Of a stretch of DNA of 64,000 nucleotides, positions 1 to 9,322 are shown one piece after another. Under the pieces are notes generated by a model. That model saw only the letters and a list, made by a program, of their open reading frames with translations, ran no database searches and was not told where the DNA came from. Position 1 is the stretch's first letter. Every line of letters starts with the position of its first letter. Source of the DNA: an uncultured Bacteroidales bacterium (lineage in GTDB: Bacteria; Bacteroidota; Bacteroidia; Bacteroidales; UBA932); contig CAMVGM010000004.1 in the NCBI GenBank assembly GCA_947167015.1, positions 9,794-73,793 of the forward strand. The letters run 5' to 3'. A program made the translations under genes and the position numbers.

Positions 1-87
1 GAGCACACCTTTCACGTGGTTCTGGGCCAAGGCGCTGAAACCAAGCAGCATAAGCCCGGTCATCAGCAGGATTCTCGCATTTTTCAT
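1..87 (-). CDS. 5' end of a secreted/outer-membrane protein (partial, runs off the window)
   Basis: ATG at 87 just after the ruvC stop; MKNARILLMTGLMLLGFSALAQNHVKGVL reads as a Sec signal peptide. Confidence 0.6.
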   Translation of the reverse strand, partial: MKNARILLMTGLMLLGFSALAQNHVKGVL

Positions 88-91
88 ACAA

Positions 92-655
92 TCACTTTTT
101 AATTCGCTCCGGATTGGACGCGACAAATTTCTCCCAACTACTGCTAGCTTGCACGGCTACAAGCGGACTGGTTAATTGGTAGAAGTGGCACATCGCGAGA
201 GCAAGTGCGTCTGTGGCGTCAAGGTATTTGTTTGCAATTTCTATGCCGAGCGTGCGCTGAACCATCAAAGAAACTTGCTCTTTCGACGCGGCTCCGTTGC
301 CGCAGATGGTCATCTTGGCTTTTCGGGGGGCATATTCGAAGATCCGCACCCCGCGGTCGAGTCCGGCCACCATCGCGGCGCCCTGGGCCCGGCCCAGTTT
401 GAGGATGACCTGGGCGTTCTTCCCGTAGAAGGGAGACTCGATGGCCAGGTCGTCGGGATGATGGAGGTCGCACAACGCCCCCACCTTTTCGCGGATGATC
501 TCCAGCTTGTCGTAGGGAGAGGCGACCTTGCGCAGGTCCACCACGCCCATGTCCACGAAATGCGGCTTGCCGGAGGCATCCACACGGACGATCCCGAAAC
601 CAAGCAGATTGGTTCCGGGATCGATGCCGAGTATGGTTTTTTCCTTATCAGTCAA
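92..655 (-). CDS. ruvC: Holliday junction resolvase RuvC
   Basis: ILGIDPG, LAIESPF, KLGRAQG, GAASKEQV and DATDALA motifs. Confidence 0.97.
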   Translation of the reverse strand: MTDKEKTILGIDPGTNLLGFGIVRVDASGKPHFVDMGVVDLRKVASPYDKLEIIREKVGALCDLHHPDDLAIESPFYGKNAQVILKLGRAQGAAMVAGLDRGVRIFEYAPRKAKMTICGNGAASKEQVSLMVQRTLGIEIANKYLDATDALALAMCHFYQLTSPLVAVQASSSWEKFVASNPERIKK

Positions 656-1919
656 TGCGCTCGAATCCTGTATAGGGACGGAGTACCTCGGGGATCACGA
701 TGCCTTCCGGGGTCTGGTTGTCCTCGAGCAGGGCGGCCACGACGCGCGGGAGCGCCAGGGAACTGCCGTTGAGCGTGTGGGCGAGCCGGGTCTTGCCGGC
801 CTCGTCACGGTAGCGCAGGTGCAGGCGGTTCGCCTGGAAGGTATCGAAATTGGAGACGGAAGAGATCTCCAGCCAGCGGCCCTGGGCGGCGGACCAGAGT
901 TCAAAGTCGTAGGTGATGGCGGAGGTGAAGCTCAGGTCGCCGCCGCAAAGGCGCAGGATGCGGTATTTCAGCCCCAGCGCGTTCACCAGCGATTCTACGT
1001 GGGCGACCATGTCGTCCAGCGCGCGGTAGGAATCCTCCGGCTTCTCGACCCGCACGATCTCGACCTTGTCGAACTGGTGCAGGCGGTTCAGGCCGCGGAC
1101 GTCCTTGCCGTAGGAGCCGGCCTCGCGGCGGAAGCACGGCGTGTAGGCCGTCAGGCGCTGCGGGATCTCCCCTTCGGCGAGGATCACGTCGCGGAAGATG
1201 TTCGTCACGGGCACCTCGGCGGTCGGCACCATGTAGAAATCGTCCACCTCGGCGTGGTACATCTGGCCCTCCTTGTCGGGGAGCTGGCCGGTGCCGAAGC
1301 CGGAATCGCGGTTGACCATCACCGGCGGCTCGACCTCCTTGTAGCCGGCCGCGGTGTTCCGGTCGAGGAAGAAGTTGATCAGCGCGCGCTGCAGCTTCGC
1401 ACCCTTGCCCTTATAGACCGGGAAACCGGCACCGGTGATCTTGACGCCCAGGTCGAAGTCGATGATGTCGTACTTCCTGGCGAGCTCCCAGTGCGGCAGC
1501 GCCCCCTCGGGGAGATTCACCTCGGGGCCGCCCATCTTCACGATCTCGTTGTCCTCCGCACCCTTGCCCGGCTTGACCAGGTCGCAGGGAACGTTGGGCA
1601 GCAGCACGAGCTGGCGCTCCAGTTCGGCGGAAGCCTCGTCCATCCGGGCGAGCAGTTCGCCGCTGCGGGTCTTGAGCGCGGCCACCTCGGCCTTCGCGGC
1701 CTCGGCTTCGTCCCGGAAGCCCTGCTTCATCAGGCCGCCGATCCGGGCCGCCTGCTGCTTCTGCTGCGCGAGCAGGGCGTCGCTCTCCGTCTGGAGGCTG
1801 CGGCGGAGCGTATCCAGTTCAAGGACGCGGTCCACGATAGGCTGCGCGTCGAAATTCTTGATTTTCAATTTCTCGATGACGGCTTTCGGGTCATCGCGAA
1901 GCATCTTGAGCGTCAACAT
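648..1919 (-). CDS. serS: Serine--tRNA ligase
   Basis: N-terminal coiled coil; PTAEVP, FRREAGSYG, HQFDKVE, HTLNGS motifs. Confidence 0.98.
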   Translation of the reverse strand: MLTLKMLRDDPKAVIEKLKIKNFDAQPIVDRVLELDTLRRSLQTESDALLAQQKQQAARIGGLMKQGFRDEAEAAKAEVAALKTRSGELLARMDEASAELERQLVLLPNVPCDLVKPGKGAEDNEIVKMGGPEVNLPEGALPHWELARKYDIIDFDLGVKITGAGFPVYKGKGAKLQRALINFFLDRNTAAGYKEVEPPVMVNRDSGFGTGQLPDKEGQMYHAEVDDFYMVPTAEVPVTNIFRDVILAEGEIPQRLTAYTPCFRREAGSYGKDVRGLNRLHQFDKVEIVRVEKPEDSYRALDDMVAHVESLVNALGLKYRILRLCGGDLSFTSAITYDFELWSAAQGRWLEISSVSNFDTFQANRLHLRYRDEAGKTRLAHTLNGSSLALPRVVAALLEDNQTPEGIVIPEVLRPYTGFERID

Positions 1920-1941
1920 GATTTCTCTTTTATAAATAATA

Positions 1942-1974
1942 AAGGACCCACACTTTTCCCGAGTGTAAGTCCTT
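1942..1974 (-). terminator. Probable intrinsic terminator after rpmA
   Basis: Minus strand AAGGACTTACACT-loop-AGTGTGGGTCCTT (imperfect stem) followed by TATTATTTAT. Confidence 0.5.
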
Positions 1975-1996
1975 GATCCAACTTGCGTCCCCGAGA

Positions 1997-2257
1997 TCAG
2001 TTCTCGAAGGGAACCACCGACACGTAGGATTTGTTCTCCCGCTTGCGGGTGAACTTCACGGTACCGTCGACCAGGGCGTACAGCGTGTGGTCCTTGCCCA
2101 TACCGACGTTGCGGTCGGGGTTGTGGACGGTGCCGCGCTGGCGGACGATGATATTGCCGGCTTTCACGACCTCGCCGCCGAATTTCTTGAGACCCAGGCG
2201 CTTGCTCTGCGACTCACGACCGTTCTTGGAACTGGATTGACCTTTCTTGTGTGCCAT
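1997..2257 (-). CDS. rpmA: 50S ribosomal protein L27
   Basis: [16 protein letters not shown]...[10 protein letters not shown]. Confidence 0.99.
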   Translation of the reverse strand: MAHKKGQSSSKNGRESQSKRLGLKKFGGEVVKAGNIIVRQRGTVHNPDRNVGMGKDHTLYALVDGTVKFTRKRENKSYVSVVPFEN

Positions 2258-2262
2258 AACTC

Positions 2263-2574
2263 TTAAGCGATTTCGTTGATCTTGATCTTGGTAAGTTTCT
2301 GACGGTGACCGTTGAGCTTCTGGAAGCCCTTACGGCGGATCTTCTTGAAGACCAGCACCTTGTCAGCCTTTGCGTCGTCATCGAGGACGGTGGCCTTCAC
2401 CACGGCACCCTCGACATAGGGAGCGCCCACCTTCACCGCCGCGTCATCCGCGACGAGGAGGACCTTCTTGAACTCCACGTCAGCACCTTTGGCATCGGCG
2501 AGCCGCTGCACAAAGATCTCGTTGCCAGCCTGAACCTTGAACTGCTGGCCTGCAATGTCTACGATTGCGTACAT
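2263..2574 (-). CDS. rplU: 50S ribosomal protein L21
   Basis: [14 protein letters not shown]...GHRQKLT; start moved to the ATG at 2574. Confidence 0.98.
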   Translation of the reverse strand: MYAIVDIAGQQFKVQAGNEIFVQRLADAKGADVEFKKVLLVADDAAVKVGAPYVEGAVVKATVLDDDAKADKVLVFKKIRRKGFQKLNGHRQKLTKIKINEIA

Positions 2575-2580
2575 ACAATA

Positions 2581-2650
2581 AAACTTATAAAAAGTTTCGG
2601 CCGTAAGCGTCTGCCGCAAGGCAGCTCTTTATCAATGGCTTAGCGGTCAT
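2581..2650 (-). promoter_or_regulatory. Structured 5' leader of rplU-rpmA (candidate ribosomal leader)
   Basis: CCGCTAAGC...GCTTACGG stem enclosing a CTGCC-TTGC-GGCAG hairpin; second AT hairpin just before the ATG. Confidence 0.4.
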
Positions 2651-2740
2651 CTAATTCTTTTGGGGCTGCGAATTTACACAAAAATCCCAATTCTGCCAAA
2701 TTATTTGTTATTTTTGCAGAAGAAACATTCTTGTTATACG

Positions 2741-3895
2741 ATGGACAGCGCTTTCCAGTACAACAGACCCGTCACCGGCAAGCATTTCGTCGGCCGCACC
2801 CTGGAGACCCGGATCTTCGTCAACATGCTCTCCCAGGGGGAGAACGTGGTGATCTACGAGCCGCCCAAGACCGGCCGCAAATCGCTCGTGCAGCAGGGTT
2901 TCTTCAATATGAAGATGGCGAACCGGCAGTTCGTGCCGGTGAACGTCTCCCTGCTGGACATCCGCTCGCTGGAAGCCTTCGCCATGCGCCTCGCCACCGC
3001 GGTGTTCCGCACCGCCGGCTCCAACCACGAGGAATACGCCCGGGCGGCCCGGGAGATGCTTTCCGGCACCAGGCTCAGTTTCGACATCGCCCGCTTCGAC
3101 ACCACCGGAGAGGTGCTTTCAGCGTCGGGCACGCTGGACGACGGGGACCTGCGCGCCGCCTTCCTGCTCCCCTACCGGGTGGGCCTGCGCACCGGAGCCC
3201 AGCGCGTCGTGGTCCTGGACGAGTTCCAGAACATCATGCTCACCGAAGACGGCGAGCGGGCCTGCCACATCCTGGAGGACGTCTTCCGCACCCTGCCCGG
3301 CGAGTACGCCGCCTATGCCTCCTACGTCTTCCTCGGCTCCTCCTACAACGCGATGGACGACATCTTCGGCGTCCGGCGTTTCTTCTGGCGCCAGGCGGGA
3401 CGCATCCGCCTGCCGGCCATCGACAACAAGGAGATCATCGACCACATCGTCAAGGGCTTCCTGGCCACGGGCAAGGTCGTCGACCGCGACCTGCTGCTGG
3501 GCGTCTGCAAACTTTTCCGGAGCAACATCTGGTACATCAACCACCTCTGCGCCGTCTGCGACTCCCTCACCAAGGGCTACATCATGGAGCAGACGCTCAC
3601 CGAGTCGCTCAGCGCCGTCCTCGCCGTCCACGAGCCCCGCTTCGTCGCCACGATGAACGGCCTGACCACCTTCCAGCTGAGCCTGCTGCGCGCCATCCTG
3701 GAAGGCAACACGCGCTTCAGCAGCGCGGAGATCATCCGCAAGTACGACCTCAACTCCTCGGCCAACGTCCGCCGTCTCAAGGACGCCTTGTGCAAGAAGG
3801 AAATCGTGACTTTCGACGAGAACGACGTCCCGGTCGTCCTGGACCCGCTCTTCGAATACTGGGCGAAAAAGACCTATTTCAACATAAGCATCTGA
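2741..3895 (+). CDS. Archaeal-ATPase-like AAA+ protein with C-terminal winged-helix region; degenerate Walker A
   Basis: FQYNRPVTGKHFVGR N-terminus, VVVLDEFQ Walker B, LDPLFEYW C-terminus; P-loop reads EPPKTGRKS. Confidence 0.8.
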   Translation: MDSAFQYNRPVTGKHFVGRTLETRIFVNMLSQGENVVIYEPPKTGRKSLVQQGFFNMKMANRQFVPVNVSLLDIRSLEAFAMRLATAVFRTAGSNHEEYARAAREMLSGTRLSFDIARFDTTGEVLSASGTLDDGDLRAAFLLPYRVGLRTGAQRVVVLDEFQNIMLTEDGERACHILEDVFRTLPGEYAAYASYVFLGSSYNAMDDIFGVRRFFWRQAGRIRLPAIDNKEIIDHIVKGFLATGKVVDRDLLLGVCKLFRSNIWYINHLCAVCDSLTKGYIMEQTLTESLSAVLAVHEPRFVATMNGLTTFQLSLLRAILEGNTRFSSAEIIRKYDLNSSANVRRLKDALCKKEIVTFDENDVPVVLDPLFEYWAKKTYFNISI

Positions 3896-4599
3896 TGAAA
3901 AAGAGAATAGCCGTACTGACAGGCGCCGGCGTGAGCGCCGAAAGCGGCCTGGGAACCTACCGTGACAACGGCGGGCTCTGGGACAATTACGATCCGATGG
4001 TGGTCGCCTCCGCCGAGGGCTGGGCCCGCAATCCCGCGCTCGTGCTCGATTTCTACAACATGCAGCGGGAAAAGCTGCGCGAGGTGAAGCCCAACGAGGC
4101 GCACCGCCTGATCGCGGAACTGGAGAAGGACTACACCGTGGACGTGATCACGCAGAACGTGGACAACCTCCACGAACGCGCCGGTTCCACGCACGTGGTG
4201 CACCTGCACGGCGAGGCCACCAAGATCCGCCCCGAGAACACCTGCAACGACTACGACGGCTACTCCGAGAAATACGTCGTGGACGTCGGTTACGGCGCCG
4301 TGCACCTGGGCGACAAGGCGCCGAACGGCGCGCAGTACCGCCCGCACATCGTCTTCTTCGGCGAGGCCGTCCCCAAGATCGAACGCGCCGTAGAACTGGT
4401 CTCACAGGCCGACATCGTCCTGATCGTGGGCACTTCCCTGCAAGTCTATCCCGCGGCGGGACTTTACCGCTACGCCCGCGCGGAGGCGCCGATCTACCTG
4501 ATCGACCCGGCCGACGTAACCCTCTATGACAAGCGCGTGAAGCACATCCGGAAGGTTGCGACGGAAGGAATGAAAGAATTTGTTGGAATGTTGAAATAA
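3895..4599 (+). CDS. cobB: NAD-dependent protein deacylase, Sir2/CobB family
   Basis: LTGAGVSAESG, ITQNVDNLHERAG, HLHG, RPHIVFFGE, VGTSLQVYPAA; ATG overlaps the upstream TGA. Confidence 0.95.
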   Translation: MKKRIAVLTGAGVSAESGLGTYRDNGGLWDNYDPMVVASAEGWARNPALVLDFYNMQREKLREVKPNEAHRLIAELEKDYTVDVITQNVDNLHERAGSTHVVHLHGEATKIRPENTCNDYDGYSEKYVVDVGYGAVHLGDKAPNGAQYRPHIVFFGEAVPKIERAVELVSQADIVLIVGTSLQVYPAAGLYRYARAEAPIYLIDPADVTLYDKRVKHIRKVATEGMKEFVGMLK

Positions 4600-4644
4600 T
4601 TTACTACCTTTGCAACCCCAAAAGAAAAAGGAGGTGGTAAAGCA

Positions 4645-4836
4645 ATGATTATCGTTCCCGTCAAAGAAGGCGAAAACATCGAACGCGCTCTGAAGAAATT
4701 CAAGCGGAAATTCGAGAAGACCGGTGCCGTCCGCGAGATGCGCGCCCGCAAGAACTTCCAGAAGCCGTCGGAGATCCGCCGCATCGCGAAGCAGAAGGCG
4801 ATCTACGTCCAGCACCTGCGCCTCGAGGAGGAGTAA
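4645..4836 (+). CDS. rpsU: 30S ribosomal protein S21
   Basis: MIIVPVKEGENIERALKKFKRK. Confidence 0.98.
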   Translation: MIIVPVKEGENIERALKKFKRKFEKTGAVREMRARKNFQKPSEIRRIAKQKAIYVQHLRLEEE

Positions 4837-4862
4837 TCCTTTCCCCGCCACCTTTAAATGAT

Positions 4863-4892
4863 ATGCGGCCCGCATCTGCAGGCCGCATTTTT
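4863..4892 (+). terminator. Intrinsic terminator after rpsU
   Basis: ATGCGGCC-N10-GGCCGCAT followed by TTTT. Confidence 0.6.
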
Positions 4893-4894
4893 CG

Positions 4895-4902
4895 TATATT
4901 TG
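4895..4902 (+). promoter_or_regulatory. Bacteroidetes sigma-A -7 element
   Basis: TATATTTG matches TAnnTTTG; 4 nt before the ATG at 4907. Confidence 0.65.
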
Positions 4903-4906
4903 CCGC

Positions 4907-5434
4907 ATGGACAACGAAGTACTCAAAGCGCTCCGCGAGCGCCGGAGCATCCGGCGGTACAAGCCGGAGCAGATCAAGGACGAGGAACTCCTCGCCGTGC
5001 TCGAAGCCGGCACCTGGGCCCCCACGGGGATGGGCCGGCAGGATCCCTGGATCGTCGCGGTGCAGCGGCCGGACCTGGTCGCGCGCATCGACGCGCTGAA
5101 CGCCGCCGTGTGGGGCCGCGAAAAACCCTTCTACGGTGCCCCGACCATCGTGCTCGTCTTCGGCAGCGACCCGGCCGTGTGGGCGAATTCCGTCCCCGAC
5201 GGTTCGCTCGTGCTGGGCAACATGATGCTGGCGGCCCACGCCGTGGGGCTCGGCTCTTGCTGGATCAACCGCGAGCGGGAGATGTTCGCCCTGCCGGAAG
5301 GCAAGGCCCTGATGGTCGAACTCGGCCTCCCGGAAGGCCTGGTCGGCATCGGCGCCCTGGCCCTCGGCTACCCCGCCTCCTTCCCCCCGACGGTCAAACC
5401 CCGGAAAGACGGGTATTACCGGGTCATCAAATGA
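4907..5434 (+). CDS. Nitroreductase family protein
   Basis: RRSIRRY, APTGMGRQ, MLAAHAVGLGSCWI, LALGYP. Confidence 0.93.
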   Translation: MDNEVLKALRERRSIRRYKPEQIKDEELLAVLEAGTWAPTGMGRQDPWIVAVQRPDLVARIDALNAAVWGREKPFYGAPTIVLVFGSDPAVWANSVPDGSLVLGNMMLAAHAVGLGSCWINREREMFALPEGKALMVELGLPEGLVGIGALALGYPASFPPTVKPRKDGYYRVIK

Positions 5435-5466
5435 AAAAAGCCAGCGAGGATTTCGCTGGCTTTTTT
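5434..5466. terminator. Bidirectional intrinsic terminator (nitroreductase / dnaK)
   Basis: AAAAAA-GCCAGCGA-GGATT-TCGCTGGC-TTTTTT between convergent genes. Confidence 0.9.
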
Positions 5467-5480
5467 GTTGACTGTAGGAA

Positions 5481-7406
5481 TTACTGCTCGTCAGGACCGT
5501 TACCGTAATCCGGCTGAGGGCCGGTCGGACCTTCCTGAGGACCACCCTGCGGACCGCCCTGGAATCCCTGGGGACCCTGAGGGCCTCCCTGGGCGCCACC
5601 CTGGGCGGCGCGGGCCATGTCTTCGGAAGCGGCGTGCCAGGCAGCCTCGAGGGCGGCGTTGGCGCTGTCGATCCCCGCGACATCCTTGGCGTCCACGGCC
5701 TTCTTCAGGTCGGCGCAGGCCGCCTCGATGGCGGAACGCTTGTCGGCCGGGATCTTGTCGCCATAGTCCTTGAGGTTGCGCTCGGTCTGGAAGACCATCG
5801 CATCGCCGTTGTTGATCTTGTCGGCGCGCTCCTTCTCGGCGCGGTCGGCGGCTTCGTTCGCCTTGGCCTCGTCACGCATCCGCTGGATCTCGGCGTCGGA
5901 CAGGCCGCTGGAAGCCTCGATGCGGATATGCTGCTCCTTGCCCGTGGACTTGTCCTTCGCGGACACGCTCAGGATACCGTTGGTATCGATGTCGAAGGAT
6001 ACCTCGATCTGCGGGATGCCGCGCGGCGCCGGAGCGATGCCGTCCAGGTGGAAGATGCCGATCTGCTTGTTGTCCTTGGCCATCGGACGCTCGCCCTGCA
6101 GGACGCGGATCTCGACGGAAGGCTGGTTGTCGGAAGCCGTGGAGAAAACCTGCTCCTTGTGCACCGGGATGGTGGTATTGGACTCGATGAGCTTGGTCAT
6201 CACGCCGCCGAGGGTCTCGATGCCGAGGCTCAGCGGGGTCACGTCGAGCAGCAGGACGTCCTTCACGTCGCCGGCGAGCACGCCGCCCTGGATGGCGGCG
6301 CCGATGGCGACCACCTCGTCCGGGTTCACGCTCTTGTTCGGCTCCTTGCCGAAGAAGTCCTTCACCAGCTGCTGCACCTTCGGGATACGGGTGGAACCGC
6401 CGACGAGGAGGACCTCGTCAATCTCGGAGGCGCGCAGGTGGGCATCCTCGAGGGCCTTGCGGCACGGCTCGATGCTGCGGCGGAAGAGGTCGTCGCACAG
6501 GGTCTCGAACTTCGCGCGGGTCAGGGTCTTCACAAGGTGCTTCGGCATGCCGTCCACCGCGGTGATGTACGGCAGGTTGATCTCGGCGCTGGTGGCATTG
6601 GAGAGCTCGATCTTGGCCTTCTCGGCAGCCTCCTTGAGGCGCTGCAGGGCCATCGGGTCCTTCTTCAGGTCGATGCCGCCGTTGTCGGTCGCGAACTCAC
6701 GGGCCAGCCACTCGATGATGGCCTGGTCGAAGTCGTCGCCGCCGAGATGGGTGTCACCGTTGGTGGATTTCACCTCGAACACGCCGTCACCGAGCTCCAG
6801 GATGGAGATATCGAAGGTGCCGCCGCCGAGGTCGTACACCGCGACCTTCATGTTCTTGTTCTTCTTGTCGAGGCCGTAGGCGAGGGCCGCGGCCGTCGGC
6901 TCATTGATGATACGCTTGACGTCCAGGCCCGCGATCTTGCCGGCCTCCTTGGTGGCCTGGCGCTGCGAGTCGGAGAAGTAGGCCGGCACGGTGATGACCG
7001 CCTCGGTCACTTCCTGGCGGAGGTAGTCTTCAGCCGTCTTCTTCATCTTCTGGAGGATGATCGCGGAGATCTCCTGCGGAGAATAGAGACGTCCGTTGAT
7101 ATCCACGCGCGGGGTGTTGTTCTCACCGCGGACGACCTTGTAAGGGACGCGTGCGACTTCGCGGCTCACCTGGTCGTAGGTCTCGCCCATGAAGCGCTTG
7201 ATCGAGAAGATGGTGTTGTGGGGGTTGGTAATGGCCTGGCGCTTGGCGGGGTTGCCCACCTTGCGTTCGCCATTATCCGTAAAGGCGACGATGGACGGCG
7301 TCGTGCGCGCGCCTTCGTCATTGATGATCACGGTAGGCTGGTTGCCTTCCATCACGGACACGCAGGAATTGGTGGTGCCGAGGTCGATTCCGATAATTTT
7401 TCCCAT
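5481..7406 (-). CDS. dnaK: Chaperone DnaK
   Basis: [30 protein letters not shown]; GGPQ-repeat tail. Confidence 0.99.
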   Translation of the reverse strand: MGKIIGIDLGTTNSCVSVMEGNQPTVIINDEGARTTPSIVAFTDNGERKVGNPAKRQAITNPHNTIFSIKRFMGETYDQVSREVARVPYKVVRGENNTPRVDINGRLYSPQEISAIILQKMKKTAEDYLRQEVTEAVITVPAYFSDSQRQATKEAGKIAGLDVKRIINEPTAAALAYGLDKKNKNMKVAVYDLGGGTFDISILELGDGVFEVKSTNGDTHLGGDDFDQAIIEWLAREFATDNGGIDLKKDPMALQRLKEAAEKAKIELSNATSAEINLPYITAVDGMPKHLVKTLTRAKFETLCDDLFRRSIEPCRKALEDAHLRASEIDEVLLVGGSTRIPKVQQLVKDFFGKEPNKSVNPDEVVAIGAAIQGGVLAGDVKDVLLLDVTPLSLGIETLGGVMTKLIESNTTIPVHKEQVFSTASDNQPSVEIRVLQGERPMAKDNKQIGIFHLDGIAPAPRGIPQIEVSFDIDTNGILSVSAKDKSTGKEQHIRIEASSGLSDAEIQRMRDEAKANEAADRAEKERADKINNGDAMVFQTERNLKDYGDKIPADKRSAIEAACADLKKAVDAKDVAGIDSANAALEAAWHAASEDMARAAQGGAQGGPQGPQGFQGGPQGGPQEGPTGPQPDYGNGPDEQ

Positions 7407-7471
7407 AATATCTGACTTTTAAAATTTCACATTTGTCACCCGCCAGTCCTGACGGGCCGCGGAAGGAATCA

Positions 7472-7511
7472 TCAAAACCTTTGCCAACGGTATTTTTCTG
7501 ACAATTTGTCA
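7472..7511 (-). promoter_or_regulatory. Candidate sigma-54-like -24/-12 promoter of dnaK plus upstream TGACA-N3-TGTCA palindrome
   Basis: Minus strand TGGCAAAGGTTTTGA (7486-7472); TGACAATTTGTCA at 7499-7511. Confidence 0.45.
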
Positions 7512-7524
7512 TTATCTTTGCGCC

Positions 7525-8250
7525 ATGGAATACAGGCTTTTGAGCAAGGAAGAATTCGACGACCTGGCGGGACGCATCCTTTACGAGGACAACCACCTGC
7601 TCGTGGTGAACAAGCGCGCCGGCGAGATCACGCAGGGCGACAGGACCGGGGACGAATGCCTCACGGAGGCGTACAAGGCCTTTCTCGCGCAGCGCGATGC
7701 CAAGCCGGGAAAGGTTTTCCTGGGGCTCCCCCACCGGCTGGACCGTCCGGTCAGCGGCATCTGCCTGCTCGCCAAGACCTCCAAGTCGCTGGAGCGCCTC
7801 AACAAGATGCTCCGTGACGGTGAGGTCCACAAGACCTACTGGGCCCTCTGCTGCGCGAAGCCGGAGCCGCCCGAAGGCCGCCTGGAGGGCTGGCTGAACC
7901 GCAACGAACAGCAGAACAAGTCCTACGTCGTCGCCCCGGGCTCGGCAGCCCGCCCCGCGCGCTACCCGGAAGCCAAACTCGCGAAACTCGATTACCGCTA
8001 CCTGCAGAGCACCGAGCGCTACCACCTCGTGGAAGTGGACCTGCTCACGGGCCGGCACCACCAGATCCGCTGCCAGCTCGCCCACCTGGGCTGCCCGATC
8101 AAGGGGGACCTCAAATACGGCGCACCCCGCTCAAACCCCGACGGCGGCATCAGCCTGCACGCCCGCCGCATCCGCTTCACGCATCCGGTCCGGAAGGAGG
8201 AGATGGAACTCACCGCCCCGCTGCCCGCATCCTGGAAAGGCGTCATCTGA
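7525..8250 (+). CDS. RluA-family RNA pseudouridine synthase
   Basis: LYEDNHLLVVNK, HRLDRPVSG, TGRHHQIR, GDLKYG, LHA. Confidence 0.95.
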   Translation: MEYRLLSKEEFDDLAGRILYEDNHLLVVNKRAGEITQGDRTGDECLTEAYKAFLAQRDAKPGKVFLGLPHRLDRPVSGICLLAKTSKSLERLNKMLRDGEVHKTYWALCCAKPEPPEGRLEGWLNRNEQQNKSYVVAPGSAARPARYPEAKLAKLDYRYLQSTERYHLVEVDLLTGRHHQIRCQLAHLGCPIKGDLKYGAPRSNPDGGISLHARRIRFTHPVRKEEMELTAPLPASWKGVI

Positions 8251-9226
8251 GCGGCTTCTCGTCGCGCAGGCGCTCCATATAACCGGTGGGCGTCTCCCCC
8301 ATGTTCAGCTTGAAGGCCATGTTGAAACTGACGGTCGAGTGGAATCCGCACATCATCGCCAGGTTGATCACCTTGAGGTTGCCGTCCTTCTGCATCAGCT
8401 CCAGGGCGTACTGCACCCGATAATAATTCACGAACTGGCTGAAATTGCGGCCGGAAAGGATGTTGATTGTCCGGGAAAGGTAGGTCTTGTTCGTGAAGAC
8501 CGCCCCGGCCAGGTCCATCAGGTTGAAGTCCGGATCCAGGTAGGGGCGCTTCTTCTCCATGACGTCCAGCACCCGTTCGTACAGGTGCGACATCTTGGTC
8601 ACGTCCACGTCCTTCTGCCCCGTCTGGGGCGGCACCGGCCGCAGGTTCCCCTTCAGCAACCCTTTGATCTCCAGTTCTTTGGACTTGCTGATAAAGAAAG
8701 TCCGCCCGCTGCTCTCCCGCAAGAGCAGCAGGCAGAACAAGGCGGCCGCGGGCGGCAGTTGCAGCCAGCCGGCCCAGGCGGGCGCACCCGCGCCGGGGAA
8801 CGCCGCCACGAGCAGGTACAGGCCCAGGGAATAACTGTAACGCGCGTGGTTCTCGACACCGTGCCAGACCGCGAATTGACGGAAGAGCGGAGCCAGGCGG
8901 GAATAGCGCAGCACGCTCCGCATCCCGAGGAAGGCGGCCTGGACCGCCAGGGCCCCGGCCAGCCAGGCCCGCGTCGGGAACCCCGCCAGGATGCCGGCCA
9001 GGCACACGGCCAGCTCCAGAAGCGCGAACCGGAAAGACAGCGCCACCCCTTCGTCCGCGACCGGCAGCAACAGGAGCACGGCGGAGGCCGCCAGCAGCCC
9101 TGCCGACCAGGACGCCGGACCCGCGGAGGCGCCCGCACACAGGGCCCCTGCCGGGGGCAGGGCCAGGCAGCAGCCGGAAATCACGCAGACGCAACGGTGC
9201 AGGGAGAGTTTGATCTTGTTCTTCAT
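8243..9226 (-). CDS. Membrane-anchored AraC-family transcriptional regulator
   Basis: Hydrophobic N-terminal half; C-terminal YLDPDFNL..NKTYLS..FVNYYRV..CGFHS..FK..GETP HTH. Confidence 0.85.
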   Translation of the reverse strand: MKNKIKLSLHRCVCVISGCCLALPPAGALCAGASAGPASWSAGLLAASAVLLLLPVADEGVALSFRFALLELAVCLAGILAGFPTRAWLAGALAVQAAFLGMRSVLRYSRLAPLFRQFAVWHGVENHARYSYSLGLYLLVAAFPGAGAPAWAGWLQLPPAAALFCLLLLRESSGRTFFISKSKELEIKGLLKGNLRPVPPQTGQKDVDVTKMSHLYERVLDVMEKKRPYLDPDFNLMDLAGAVFTNKTYLSRTINILSGRNFSQFVNYYRVQYALELMQKDGNLKVINLAMMCGFHSTVSFNMAFKLNMGETPTGYMERLRDEKPLR

Positions 9227-9260
9227 CCGCAAGAAATTCGCGGACAAAGATATACAAGAA

Positions 9261-9288
9261 CCCCGTCACGGAAGTGGTCCGGACGGGG
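9261..9288 (-). terminator. Hairpin terminator after the yitT pair
   Basis: CCCCGTC(A)CGGA-N5-TCCGGACGGGG followed by TTCTT on the minus strand, then TATCTTTG (9252-9245) for the AraC gene. Confidence 0.5.
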
Positions 9289-9322
9289 GTAAGGGACTAA
9301 AATATATTTTTACGGTACGGAA

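Noticed and set aside
2741-4599. ATPase + Sir2 pair as an anti-phage system (Sir2-HerA or Thoeris-like)
   Set aside because: The Sir2 is a canonical short CobB deacylase in a core-gene context with host-like codon usage; the ATPase is not HerA-like.
5500-5610. GGPQ-type tandem repeats in dnaK and PE repeats in ftsK (~50910-51090)
   Set aside because: Ordinary low-complexity protein tails and linkers.
5634-7415. 593-aa ORF antisense to dnaK
   Set aside because: Well-known dnaK antisense shadow frame caused by GC3 bias; no independent motifs.
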